Source: Ktedonobacteraceae bacterium
GTDB lineage: Bacteria; Chloroflexota; Ktedonobacteria; Ktedonobacterales; Ktedonobacteraceae
Assembly: GCA_039923935.1 (NCBI GenBank)
Contig: JBDTBU010000195.1
Coordinates: 1,843-65,842, forward strand
Direction of reading: 5' to 3'
Length of the DNA stretch: 64,000 nt
Shown: one piece after another, positions 36,805 through 46,446 of the stretch
How positions within the stretch are numbered: position 1 is the stretch's first letter
How the letters are laid out: each line of letters opens with the position of its first letter
Notes under the pieces: generated by a model
What the model saw: the letters and a program-made list of their open reading frames with translations, nothing else
Databases searched by the model: none
What the model was told of the DNA's origin: nothing
Made by a program: the position numbers and the translations under genes

Positions 36805-37872
36805 CTTTGCGGCGTTGATATCTCGGTCATGGACAACGCCGCATTCGGGACAGGTCCACTGGCGGACCTCTAACGATAAGGAGTCGAGAATATGTCCACA
36901 ATGGGAACACCGTTTGGAAGAGGGATACCAGCGGTCAATCTTGACCACGTTCCTGCCGTACCATTTGGCTTTATATTCCAGTTGGGAGACAAACTCAGAC
37001 CAGCCAACATCAGAAATAGCTTTCGCAAGGGAGTGATTCTTGACCATGTTCTTGACTGCCAACGTCTCCACGCAGATCGTTTGGTTTTCACGGATCAGGC
37101 GAGTGGAGAGTTTGTGCAGGAAATCACGGCGGCGATCAGCTATCCTGGCATGGATACGCGCCACCTTCTTGGCGGCTTTGGCTCTATTCTTCGAGCCTTT
37201 CTTTTTCTTCGCGTGCCGACGTTGAGCATTGGCAAGCTTCTTCTCATCCTTGACGAAGAAGTGGGGATTGCCGACTTTCTCACCAGTGGAGAGGATCACG
37301 AAGTCTTTCAAGCCCAGATCAGCCCCAACGGTCTGCTCTACTGGCGTGAGATGGGGAATGTCCTGCTCCACCAGGATCGAGACAAAGTAGCGATCAGTAG
37401 CATCCTTAGAGACGGTCACAGTGCTAGGCTTGCTTCCTTTGGGCAAGGGACGCGACCAACGAATAGCAAGAGGCTCGGCCATTTTTGCGAGAGTAAGCGT
37501 GGCATTGTTCCACGTAAATGCAGAGGTGGTGTACTCAGCCGATTGCTGGTTGCGTTTCTTCTTAAACGTGGGGTACTTGGTTTTTCCATCAAAGAAGTTT
37601 CTGAATGCCTTGTCCAAATGCCTCAAGGCTTGTTGGGTAGGAACACAGGACACCTCATTGAGCCATCTATGCTCTGCATCCTGTTTCAGGAGTGTCAGTT
37701 GGGCAGAGGTGTCGCTATAGTAGAGGCGTTTCTTTTCTTGGTAGTAGGCATCGGTACGCAAGCGCAACGCCCAATTATAAATGTAACGAGCACAGCCAAA
37801 CGTCTGAGCAAGAATGTTCTTCTGCTCATCGGTTGGGTAAAACCTGTACTTCAATGCTCGTTTCTGTTCCAT
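36805..37872 (-). CDS. tnpB: tnpB exon 1 (RNA-guided endonuclease TnpB, IS200/IS605 OrfB family)
   Basis: ALKYRFYPTDEQKNILAQTFGCARYIYNWAL N-terminus. RuvC residues in GADLGLKDF, ICVETLAVKNM and HDRDINAA. Zn finger CSHCGH...CPECG. The unspliced reading ends in an atypical 14-aa tail, VRRFGAYQISPVGR (stop at 36760). Confidence 0.92.
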
Positions 37873-38049
37873 GTTTCACATCATAACAGGTATGGTGTGA
37901 AAAGTCAACAAGAAAGGAAAACGTGCTTCCTCCCCATATGTCAAAGCACAGGGGTATCCGCACGTCACATTCAGATGAGATACAATAAAGAGCAAGACTG
38001 ATGCGTATATCGTCATTTACAAAAACGCAGAGACAAGGAGGGTTTTCCT

Positions 38050-39399
38050 ATGCTCACACGATTGCAAGAACGCCTGGGCGCAAAGATGGTGACTGATCCA
38101 GCGGTGCTGGAGGCACATGGGCAGGATAAGAATTATCCACAAGTGTACCCGCCGCTGGCGGTTGTTTTCGCTGAAACAGTGGCGGATATTCAGGAGGCGC
38201 TGGCGTGGGCGCGGGCAGAGAACATACCCGTTATTCCCTATGGTGGCGGCAGTAGTCTGGAGGGGCAATTAACGCCACAAGGACCGGTGCTCAGTCTCGA
38301 TCTGTCGCGTATGAAACGTGTTCTGACAACGCGCCCGGCTGATTTTCTGGTCGAGGTTGAGCCGGGGATCACACGTGAGGGGTTGAACGCAGCCATTGAG
38401 CAAACAGGGCTATTCTTTCCAGTTGATCCAGGAGCCAATGCTACGTTAGGTGGCATGGCCGCAACCAATGCCAGCGGCACAACGACGGTGCGCTATGGTG
38501 GGATGCGTCAGAATATTGCCGAGATGGATGTTGTGCTGGCTAGCGGTGAGTTGCTGACGCTTGGACGCAGTGTGCGTAAGACCAGCAGCGGCTACGACCT
38601 GAAAGATTTATTTATCGGTTCGGCTGGCACACTGGGCATTATCACGCGTCTGGTGCTACGTCTCTATCCAATCCCGGCCTTTGTGCATACTCTGCGCGTC
38701 TTCTTTCCTGGATTGCGTGAAGCGAGTGAGGCGGCGTATCGCATTATGGCAAGCGCACTGCCTGTGGCACGTCTCGAATTGCTGGACGAGTTGAGTCTTG
38801 GCTTTATCAATCGCGACCAGGGACAGAACTATTTGGAGAAGCCAGCACTGTTTCTAGAATTCCACAGTTCCAGTGCCCAGGCCATTAGCGAGGAATCACG
38901 ATTGGCCGAGCAATTGATGCGCGAGGCGGGTGCATTGGAGATCAACGCGGCCAGCACTGCCGAGGAACGGGCAATCCAGTGGGATGCCCGCCATAATTTT
39001 TACTGGGCGGTAGTGCGTTGTAACCCTGGTTGCCTCCACTACAGTACTGATACAGCAGTGCCCCTATCGCGTGTTAGTGACCTGGTGCTGTACGCGCAAC
39101 ACTTACTGCAAGAGATGAACCTGCCCGGTTGCATTATCGGGCATATCGGCGACGGCAATTTTCACACCGTGCTCGCGATCCAGCCAGACCAAGCAGAGCA
39201 GGCCGAGGACTATTCGCTACGTTTGACCAAACGCGCCTTGGAACTTGGCGGCACTGCCACAGGTGAGCACGGTATCGGCCTAGTTAAGAAAAGGTTCTTA
39301 CACGAAGAGCATGGTGCGGCTGTCGAATGGATGCGCCAGATCAAGGGCTTGTTCGATCCACAAGGTTTGCTGAATCCCGGCAAGATCTTTGATCTTTGA
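38050..39399 (+). CDS. FAD-linked oxidase (GlcD / D-lactate dehydrogenase family)
   Basis: FAD_binding_4 blocks PVIPYGGGSSLEGQ and GTLGIITRLVLRLYP. C-terminal GEHGIGLVKKRFL and DPQGLLNPGKIF. Confidence 0.85.
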   Translation: MLTRLQERLGAKMVTDPAVLEAHGQDKNYPQVYPPLAVVFAETVADIQEALAWARAENIPVIPYGGGSSLEGQLTPQGPVLSLDLSRMKRVLTTRPADFLVEVEPGITREGLNAAIEQTGLFFPVDPGANATLGGMAATNASGTTTVRYGGMRQNIAEMDVVLASGELLTLGRSVRKTSSGYDLKDLFIGSAGTLGIITRLVLRLYPIPAFVHTLRVFFPGLREASEAAYRIMASALPVARLELLDELSLGFINRDQGQNYLEKPALFLEFHSSSAQAISEESRLAEQLMREAGALEINAASTAEERAIQWDARHNFYWAVVRCNPGCLHYSTDTAVPLSRVSDLVLYAQHLLQEMNLPGCIIGHIGDGNFHTVLAIQPDQAEQAEDYSLRLTKRALELGGTATGEHGIGLVKKRFLHEEHGAAVEWMRQIKGLFDPQGLLNPGKIFDL

Positions 39400-39684
39400 C
39401 CACTGGTAAAAAATTTCTGCCCCAGAAATTCCTCTTGTCCACGTTTCATTGTAGGGCCGGACGGAAAGTCGCGCGAGCAGTTGGTGTTCTGAACAACACC
39501 TGCTCGATGAGGGGGGACTGACCGTCCGGTTTTTTGTGGGCATGCAGGAGCGAAATCGGCTGGGTGGTTAAGAGCAAGGGCCAGAGCATAGCACATTCTG
39601 GCTGTTTTTGGCAGAAAAGGCCGATATTCTGAGGAAAGTGGCTATACTATAGACGATTACGCATCAAAACATGGAGGTTTATTT

Positions 39685-40614
39685 ATGTCACCTGTCATAG
39701 TTACAGCACTTTTACTCACTGTAACGCTGCTCATCATAAGCGTTTTTATGCTTAGTGCGTGGGGTGCACGCCACAAACATATGCGCGTGCTGGCAGAGCA
39801 GAGAAAGGACGAGCTATCAACAACGACAGGACGTATGATGGTGGTGATGCAGTTGATGGATGGGTCTGTTGTTGGAATCGAGAATCAGGCACCCGTGGAG
39901 CTAACACATACGCTGCCAGCGGTGGTGCCCTCAGCACATTTGTCGTCGAGTTGGTATAATCGACAGCGCTCGCTGGTTTCCCTAGGTTTACTTGCGATGC
40001 TGGTCCTTGGTCTGCTCATTCAGACAGGGGTCGCGGGCGATATGGTCCACAAACTCACACAAGGCATCACTCTGAACAGTGCGCAGCTTTCAGCACAAAA
40101 CATCTCAACCGCGTTTCAGCCGCTACCTGATACGGCCAGTTCGCGGATTGTGCGTGTGAATTCAGCGGCGAGTAACCAGTACTCCACAAATGCCCAGCTT
40201 CAGATCTGGTCCTGGTCTTCCTGTTCAGGCATTTCGCTAGAAGAGGTGATTAACGCCTATGGGCACCATTATATCGCCTCGGATATGTTGCAGGTTGAGC
40301 TGAACATGGGGATCTGGAATACCTACGACGGCTTGACGGCTGGTGAGCCTGGCATGGCGCGTGCTGCAGCCCACTTTGGTTTTAAAGCTGATCCCAATCC
40401 CCCACGCACATTGCAGGCTTTGATCGATGTCACGAATAGCGGCACTCCAGTGATTATTGGTATGCCCGGCCATATTCTCGTGATGAAAGGCGGCGATGCA
40501 AATAATGTCTTTCTGGTGGACTCCTCACTGGCGAACCGCACGATACTCACGCACGCTCAGTTTATGAATATCTGGACAAAATTCAGCGTGCTGCTTACGC
40601 CAATAGGGATGTAG
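39685..40614 (+). CDS. Membrane-anchored protein with C-terminal papain-like (C39-like) peptidase domain (tentative)
   Basis: N-terminal TM helix. C-terminal WSWSSCSGISLEEVINAYG (candidate Cys) and GMPGHILVMKGGD (candidate His). Confidence 0.35.
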   Translation: MSPVIVTALLLTVTLLIISVFMLSAWGARHKHMRVLAEQRKDELSTTTGRMMVVMQLMDGSVVGIENQAPVELTHTLPAVVPSAHLSSSWYNRQRSLVSLGLLAMLVLGLLIQTGVAGDMVHKLTQGITLNSAQLSAQNISTAFQPLPDTASSRIVRVNSAASNQYSTNAQLQIWSWSSCSGISLEEVINAYGHHYIASDMLQVELNMGIWNTYDGLTAGEPGMARAAAHFGFKADPNPPRTLQALIDVTNSGTPVIIGMPGHILVMKGGDANNVFLVDSSLANRTILTHAQFMNIWTKFSVLLTPIGM

Positions 40615-40712
40615 TCCCTGAGTTACCATAGTTACACGAGAAACGTGTTGTCTGCGAGAAAAGCGTGGAATGTTTTTCTCACAGACAACACGTTTCTCGT
40701 GTAACGTATCCT

Positions 40713-41828
40713 CTAATAAACCAGTACACGAGTATACAGACCCACATACTGATAAATCCAGGCAGCGTTGTCCAGAGAGACATTAATGCAGCCGTGGGAG
40801 CCATCGAAGGAGAATGCATCACCACTAGAGTCCTGATGGGGATACTGTGTATCAGGACCATAATCGTCGCGCCACCAACTATCATGGATGAAGTAGCCGT
40901 CACTATGATAAAGCAGGGCATAGTGGATAGGCGTAGCAGGATACCAGTAAGCCGAGCCTACAGGAGCACCAGATGTAAAGGTAGTCGGCGACAGTTTGTT
41001 TTCAATTTCCCAGGAACCGGGTAGACTGGGCTTTTCTGGCCGACCAGTGGTGACATGGAAAGCCTTGACCAGTTGCGCACCATTGTACACGCGCATAGTC
41101 TGTTCGCTCAGCGAAACGACGACGACCTTCTGGTTTGTGAAACCGTGGCTCTGAATGAGCATAAGATCGGCCAAATGGGTTTTGTTCCAAGGCGTTGTAT
41201 CGCTGAGGTTGTTCTTATATGCCTGAAAACTAGCCAACGAAGTGTTGGCCTCTTCAATGGCCTGCTGATAGTCCGCCAGGGTTTTCGCACTGCTCAGATC
41301 GTCTGAGATGATGCCGCCCATGCCGTTGGGACCGTATTCATAGCCCAGATGATACGTCGTATTGTTGTACCTATCATAGTACGTGTGCTCTTTGCTCCAG
41401 ACAGTAGCTTGTGCGCTCAATTGTTGCTGGAGATCTCCCGACTCGGCTTTAAGCGCGGGAATTTTGATGCTCTCGACATGCTTTGTCAGTGTGCTTAAAG
41501 CATCCTGGTAGACAGTATTGCTTCTGGCCGTGTTCAAAGCCTGTTGATCGCTGCGATAGTTCTGTTGGTAGGAACTGGTCTCGCCCTTGAACTGTTGCAT
41601 CAGCGCAATCCACTGCTGGAAGGTCTTTAGTTGCGTCTGGCCTTCCTGGAGCAGCGATGCAGCTACAACGGGTTGAGAGTTAGCGTTGGCTTTGTTGATG
41701 GCCTGGGTGCTGCTAGCGTCGCCGCACGCATTCAGCAAAAGCAGGCAGCCGAGCAAAAACAACGTGAAAAGGCCCAACCCGCGTGGGCGGGCGTAAGAGC
41801 GAAAGCGTGGTACTTGTTGGTTACGCAT
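40713..41828 (-). CDS. L,D-transpeptidase (YkuD domain) lipoprotein
   Basis: Lipobox LLLNACGD. Catalytic block YFIHDSWW...GSHGCINVSLDNAAWIY. Confidence 0.85.
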   Translation of the reverse strand: MRNQQVPRFRSYARPRGLGLFTLFLLGCLLLLNACGDASSTQAINKANANSQPVVAASLLQEGQTQLKTFQQWIALMQQFKGETSSYQQNYRSDQQALNTARSNTVYQDALSTLTKHVESIKIPALKAESGDLQQQLSAQATVWSKEHTYYDRYNNTTYHLGYEYGPNGMGGIISDDLSSAKTLADYQQAIEEANTSLASFQAYKNNLSDTTPWNKTHLADLMLIQSHGFTNQKVVVVSLSEQTMRVYNGAQLVKAFHVTTGRPEKPSLPGSWEIENKLSPTTFTSGAPVGSAYWYPATPIHYALLYHSDGYFIHDSWWRDDYGPDTQYPHQDSSGDAFSFDGSHGCINVSLDNAAWIYQYVGLYTRVLVY

Positions 41829-42065
41829 ATGCTCATCCCTTCTATAAATCCATAACAATATATATTTTGCTATGCGTGCTATCTACCTCCAGGATACACA
41901 CTGCTGTGTAATGTCACTATATCATCGTATCAAAATATGTAAGGACTGCGGGCGCTGTATACCATTTTCGAGGTTTTGCCAAGGACGGTTGTAAACGTGG
42001 AAGTTTGCCCCATCTCCAGGCACCAACCCTTATGTTCGGTCCTGGAGGAGGCGTGAGGAGATGTA

Positions 42066-42461
42066 CTATGTTGGTAGAAACAGTAAAACCAGTACATAAA
42101 CGGCGGCCAGGGCCAGAGCCAGGAAAAAGCTCCCAGTCATAATACGTGAGACACGATATGTCCCGACGCCGATACCGTAGCGGGGACGAAACGTTCCCAT
42201 AGCTGTGCGTAGAGCGATGAGCAGCAAAATCAGCAATAGCAGCGCGTCAAAGACTCGTACAAGTGTGGCACCGCTAAAGACGGCGAAGGTGATACCAATA
42301 GAACCAAAGGCAAGCATCGCCCCCAAAACGGCCACAGCGGCCACTCCAATGAAAAGAGCGTCGTCATATGCGCGTTTGAGCAAGCCAGGCACGATTTTGA
42401 CCAACAAGACCAAGCCCGCACTATAGGCCACGATACAGCCAAACGTTAAAAGCCAGAGCAT
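42066..42461 (-). CDS. Hypothetical integral membrane protein (four TM helices)
   Basis: 131 aa, hydrophobic throughout. Confidence 0.5.
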   Translation of the reverse strand: MLWLLTFGCIVAYSAGLVLLVKIVPGLLKRAYDDALFIGVAAVAVLGAMLAFGSIGITFAVFSGATLVRVFDALLLLILLLIALRTAMGTFRPRYGIGVGTYRVSRIMTGSFFLALALAAVYVLVLLFLPT

Positions 42462-42586
42462 GATTCTCTATTCCCCTTCTATCAGGTATTGTGTTATTAT
42501 ATCACACCAGCCTCGCAGATGGAGACGCGCTTCGGTTAGTTGAGGTATACTGAGAACACACTTTACATAAAGGCAAAGCACGCAAC

Positions 42587-43594
42587 ATGGTTGAATTACA
42601 CTGGCGCAACAAAGAGCTTGAGCAGCGCCCAGACAAGTCCGAGGCAAGCTTGCACACACGCACCACTTACCCCAGTGTGGGCGAGATAACTGGTAATGCC
42701 CATAGTGCAGAAAATTGGCACAATCGACTGATTCAGGGCGAACGCGCAGAGGTGCTGACGGCGCTGCTACCGGAGTTTGCTGGTCGTGTCGATCTCGCCT
42801 ATATTGATCCGCCATTTATGACCGGACGCGACTTTATGAGCGGGTCTACGCTAGCGTATAGCGATAAATGGCAGGGTGAATTGGACGCGTATTTGCCGTG
42901 GCTCGCAACAACGCTGCATCTACTACACCGCCTGTTAGCAGAGGATGGCAGCCTGTATGTGCATTTGGATTGGCGTGTGGCTCATTACGCCAGAGTCCTA
43001 CTGGACGAGATTTTCGGCACAAACTTGGATGGACGCAGCGCGGGCTTTCAAAACGAGATTATCTGGCATTACCAGTCAGGCGGGCGGGCCATGCGACGTT
43101 ACGCACGTAAGCACGATACCATCCTCTTTTATAGCAAATCCGCAGATTACTGTTTCCACAGAGAACGCATCGGAGAGAAGCGCGGAACCAGCAAACGCAA
43201 TCACATGCGCAAACATCTGGACGAGCACGGACAGGTCAACTGGAGCATCAAAACGCACGGGCGTGTCTACACCTATTCTGAAGAGAGCCGCATGACCCCA
43301 GCGGACGTGTGGAGCGACATCAGCCATCTCCACCAGCGCGATCCCGAACGCAATGGTTATGCTACCCAGAAGCCTGCCGCGCTACTCGAACGCATCGTAC
43401 TTGCCTCCTCTGAACCGGGTGATCTCGTGCTCGACTGCTTCTGTGGTAGCGGCGTCACTCCCGCCGTAGCCGAGCATCTCGCTCGACGCTGGCTAGCCTC
43501 CGACCAAGGCGACTTGGCTATTTCCTCTACACGCGCTCGCCTGCTAGCTTTGCCGGAACGCACGCTGTTTGTGGAGCAGTTTCTCAAAGGTTGA
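42587..43594 (+). CDS. DNA methyltransferase, N6-adenine/N4-cytosine type (beta class, motif IV before motif I)
   Basis: DLAYIDPPFMTG (motif IV, DPPF), YATQKPAALLERIVLASSEPGDLVLDCFCGSGVT (motifs X and I). Confidence 0.85.
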   Translation: MVELHWRNKELEQRPDKSEASLHTRTTYPSVGEITGNAHSAENWHNRLIQGERAEVLTALLPEFAGRVDLAYIDPPFMTGRDFMSGSTLAYSDKWQGELDAYLPWLATTLHLLHRLLAEDGSLYVHLDWRVAHYARVLLDEIFGTNLDGRSAGFQNEIIWHYQSGGRAMRRYARKHDTILFYSKSADYCFHRERIGEKRGTSKRNHMRKHLDEHGQVNWSIKTHGRVYTYSEESRMTPADVWSDISHLHQRDPERNGYATQKPAALLERIVLASSEPGDLVLDCFCGSGVTPAVAEHLARRWLASDQGDLAISSTRARLLALPERTLFVEQFLKG

Positions 43595-43648
43595 GTGTTG
43601 TTTTGTAGGCATATACTGTGTAATAGGTGCCCACAAAACAACACTCAA
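43591..43648 (+). terminator. Hairpin starting in the methyltransferase stop codon (21-bp stem, 1 mismatch, 16-nt loop)
   Basis: TTGAGTGTTGTTTTGTAGGCA ... TGCCCACAAAACAACACTCAA followed by CTCTCTTTATTT. Confidence 0.6.
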
Positions 43649-43762
43649 CTCTCTTTATTTCCCCCTACTGAACACGCCCATTTCTGCCGATTGAAGATAG
43701 CAGGAGGGATGCCGATAGGAGAGGCTAGCACCTATCTGAGCAGAAATGGAGAGGTATCTTCT

Positions 43763-44203
43763 ATGACGCAGGCGTATAATCCAAAGTTTCCGCAAACCAT
43801 CAGTGGTGCGCTCTACCCGCGCAATTATGTTGTGGCGGTCATTGATGACCTGTGGGAGGCACAAATGGCTGCACAGGCTTTTTTAGACGCGGGGTATGAC
43901 GTGAGCGACATCCGTTTGATGGATAGTCACGAGGCGTTACAAAATATTGATGAACTGGAAGCCGGTAGAAACTGGTTTCAGCGTTTCTTATCCAGTTTTC
44001 AGGGTACTACCGACGAAACAGGTGCATCAGTTTATAAATCCGAAGCTCTAAGAGGGTATCATATCCTCCATGTGCATGCAACCACGTCTGAGGAGGTCGA
44101 GAAGATTCGCGATATCCTGGAAGTGTATCACGCACATACGATCAAGTTTTTTGGACCGTGGTCTGTAGAGGATATTCCGCCCAGGCATGTGCAAACGCAC
44201 TAG
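43763..44203 (+). CDS. Hypothetical protein
   Basis: ATG 43763 with GGAGAGG upstream; 146 aa; no family recognised. Confidence 0.45.
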   Translation: MTQAYNPKFPQTISGALYPRNYVVAVIDDLWEAQMAAQAFLDAGYDVSDIRLMDSHEALQNIDELEAGRNWFQRFLSSFQGTTDETGASVYKSEALRGYHILHVHATTSEEVEKIRDILEVYHAHTIKFFGPWSVEDIPPRHVQTH

Positions 44204-44243
44204 CTCCGCCTCTGGCAACATCCGAGTGACAAGCAAGAGCCTT

Positions 44244-44726
44244 CTATCTTACAAGCTCTTGCTTGTCGATGGGGAAAAACGGCTCGTGCCATGCGTGAAT
44301 CAGTGCCAGCACATCCTGCAACCCCTGACGTGCACCACGGCGTTGCGCTTCTGTCAACGTGGTCGCGGCGGCGAATTCCTCTTCATCCAACAGCAGCACC
44401 TCGCCAGATGGCTTGACCCAGACATCGAGCAGTAGATCGATCTGCTCGACGCGCTCCTCGCCAATCTGCGCGGGCATGGCAACATTGCAGTACCAACCTT
44501 TGCGCTGACCATGTGTGTCTGCAATCGCGAAGATATTAAACCACCGATCCGTGTAAAAATATTCGCGAAAATGATCCCCAGGTTCAAAGATCGCATAGCC
44601 TAGGTCCATGCTCGGACGATTCCAGTGCGCGTCCAGAATCACTCCATTTTCGATATGAGCATGCACCTCTGCCAGATACCGCGTTTTTTCCTTGCCTTGG
44701 TGATTGAGTTTCACGACAGTAATCAC
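44244..44726 (-). CDS. DUF402 family protein (FomD/nucleoside-diphosphatase-like fold)
   Basis: YFYTDRWFNIFAI...GWYCNVAMP...IDLLLDVWVKPSGEVLLLDEEEF matches the DUF402 pattern. Confidence 0.6.
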   Translation of the reverse strand: MITVVKLNHQGKEKTRYLAEVHAHIENGVILDAHWNRPSMDLGYAIFEPGDHFREYFYTDRWFNIFAIADTHGQRKGWYCNVAMPAQIGEERVEQIDLLLDVWVKPSGEVLLLDEEEFAAATTLTEAQRRGARQGLQDVLALIHAWHEPFFPIDKQELVR

Positions 44727-44845
44727 TTTTCCTCCGCATAGTTACCATGCAATGTATCTCACCCTATAGCGAGACGCACATTCAGCCTAATCAGGATGCG
44801 CCTCGCCTTCCAACTGTTTTACCAAAATGTCTTTGCTCGCCAACG

Positions 44846-45118
44846 CTAATGCAACACGGGAGAGAGAGCCACAATCAAGCTTACCACCAGTGCTACCAGG
44901 ATGCCAGCAATCAGCAGAATACCAGCGCGGGCGTAACGCAAGCCGTAATCCCGCTCGCGCTGATCCATTTCAGAGACAGATTGCATCAGCAATGGTTCGT
45001 CCTTCACAGATTGCATATTGGCCCCAACTACGCCCCGTGTGTAGAGATACATACTCAAACAATACCCTGCAATAATAAACGCGCTAAGCACAACTACTGT
45101 GAGCAGGAAGGTAACCAT
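44846..45118 (-). CDS. Small hypothetical membrane protein
   Basis: 90 aa with two hydrophobic helices. Confidence 0.4.
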   Translation of the reverse strand: MVTFLLTVVVLSAFIIAGYCLSMYLYTRGVVGANMQSVKDEPLLMQSVSEMDQRERDYGLRYARAGILLIAGILVALVVSLIVALSPVLH

Positions 45119-45278
45119 TGGTGTCTCCTTAACCAGACCTCCAGGTACTGACTGTTGTTTCAGATTGTTTCAATGCGTCCCAATAGTAGTGACGCAGTTC
45201 ACAAACAAATATCAAATCGTCAGCAATAGGAATCTCGCAATGGCACAGGTCACCACCCTTGAGGTTATTGGTAGTATC

Positions 45279-45707
45279 TCACACAGACCCAGGTAAAACG
45301 TGGGTAATTGCTGAGACCAGGGTTTGCAACTTAAACGGCTTTTCCACCAGTCTTGCCTCTGGTGCAATGAGAAAAGCTAGGTTGATTTCAGCGCTTGTGG
45401 CTGCGGTACAGAAAATCAGCGGAAGCTCGCAGGTATATGGGTTATTGCGCAAAAGACGCGCAACTTCCAGTCCAGACATGTTTGGCAAGTGCAAATCAAG
45501 AATAAGCACATCTATGGGGAGCAAGGGAAATACTGTACCCTCGTACTTCGTGGGCGTTTGCCCAGAGGACGGGTCCAGAATGAAGAGCGCGTGCAAGCAA
45601 TCAGACGCTTCCACGTAAATCGTCACGTCGTGTCCGGCGTAACCGAGCATGGTAGCGCTGAGTTTCGCAATGCGATGGTTGTCTTCCAGAAGGCCAACAC
45701 GGGACAT
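45279..45707 (-). CDS. Stand-alone response-regulator receiver domain protein (CheY-like)
   Basis: VGLLEDN, DVLILDLHLPNMSGLEVARLLR and IFCTA blocks. No output domain. Confidence 0.8.
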   Translation of the reverse strand: MSRVGLLEDNHRIAKLSATMLGYAGHDVTIYVEASDCLHALFILDPSSGQTPTKYEGTVFPLLPIDVLILDLHLPNMSGLEVARLLRNNPYTCELPLIFCTAATSAEINLAFLIAPEARLVEKPFKLQTLVSAITHVLPGSV

Positions 45708-45977
45708 ATGCTTTTCTCCAGGCAGCATCCTTGCTTGGTTCTCTTTCTCTGTCCAATTGTAAAGGCTCTCTTAGATACTGTCAAGCGAATTCTCATGAAA
45801 TTAGCTGAGAATGGATATTTGCTCGCTTGAGAAAGTTTGCCTATCGACGGATAGGTTTTTATCGGCTACAATCAGTGTGTACCACAGTACTTGTGTGTAT
45901 ACCTACTGCCTTGACAGCGAAAAACGCTAAAAATCCTCTGGTGCAAGCCAGGAACATCGATAAAAGAGTAACAAAAC

Positions 45978-46433
45978 ATGAGTGAACAAGAAACCGTGAA
46001 TGCGTTTCCTGTCAGTGTCGTGCGCTACGGGATGGGGAAAGAGATCCAGTTGTATGCAGATGAACTGGTTGTGACGAGTCGGGAAGAGAGCAAAGAAGTG
46101 CGCTTGCCCCTGAAAACCGTCGAGCGTTTGACCCTGACGCCGGGCGATCCCAATCCCGCGAAGCTCGTGCTCCTGGCCGACCTCACCGATGGCTCAAGCA
46201 TGTTGCTGGCTGAGGGTATGACCAATGCACGTGATTTCCGTGAGATGCTGCCCCATTTGACCGAGCTGTACCCGGAGATTCTACTTGATCCGCCGGATAT
46301 GGCCGAACAGCTACGTCAAGCCCTGAACACCCGTCGCGCCTGGAGCTTGACCTGTTATGGGACGATTATTCTCATGTGTCTCTTTCTTTATGGATTGTAT
46401 TTGTTGGTTACGTTTATTGGCATGCATCGCTAG
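45978..46433 (+). CDS. Hypothetical protein with C-terminal TM helix
   Basis: 151-aa ORF; C-terminal WSLTCYGTIILMCLFLYGLYLLVTFI. Confidence 0.45.
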   Translation: MSEQETVNAFPVSVVRYGMGKEIQLYADELVVTSREESKEVRLPLKTVERLTLTPGDPNPAKLVLLADLTDGSSMLLAEGMTNARDFREMLPHLTELYPEILLDPPDMAEQLRQALNTRRAWSLTCYGTIILMCLFLYGLYLLVTFIGMHR

Positions 46434-46446
46434 ACTGGAGCATAGT

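Larger units (their letters stand above)
35990..37950 (-). mobile_element. IS200/IS605-family element carrying tnpB only (IS1341-like); ends approximate
   Basis: tnpB body plus a shared sub-terminal 10-mer TCCTCCCCAT at 35999-36008 and 37928-37937. It is flanked by TTGACAT (right-end side) and its complement ATGTCAA (left-end side). Imperfect hairpin at 36004-36025. Confidence 0.5.

Noticed and set aside
36892-38001. 369-aa ORF on the plus strand
   Set aside because: It is entirely antisense to tnpB, whose own frame carries all family motifs. Its composition is low-complexity and Arg/Leu/Gly-rich, typical of a mirror-frame artefact.
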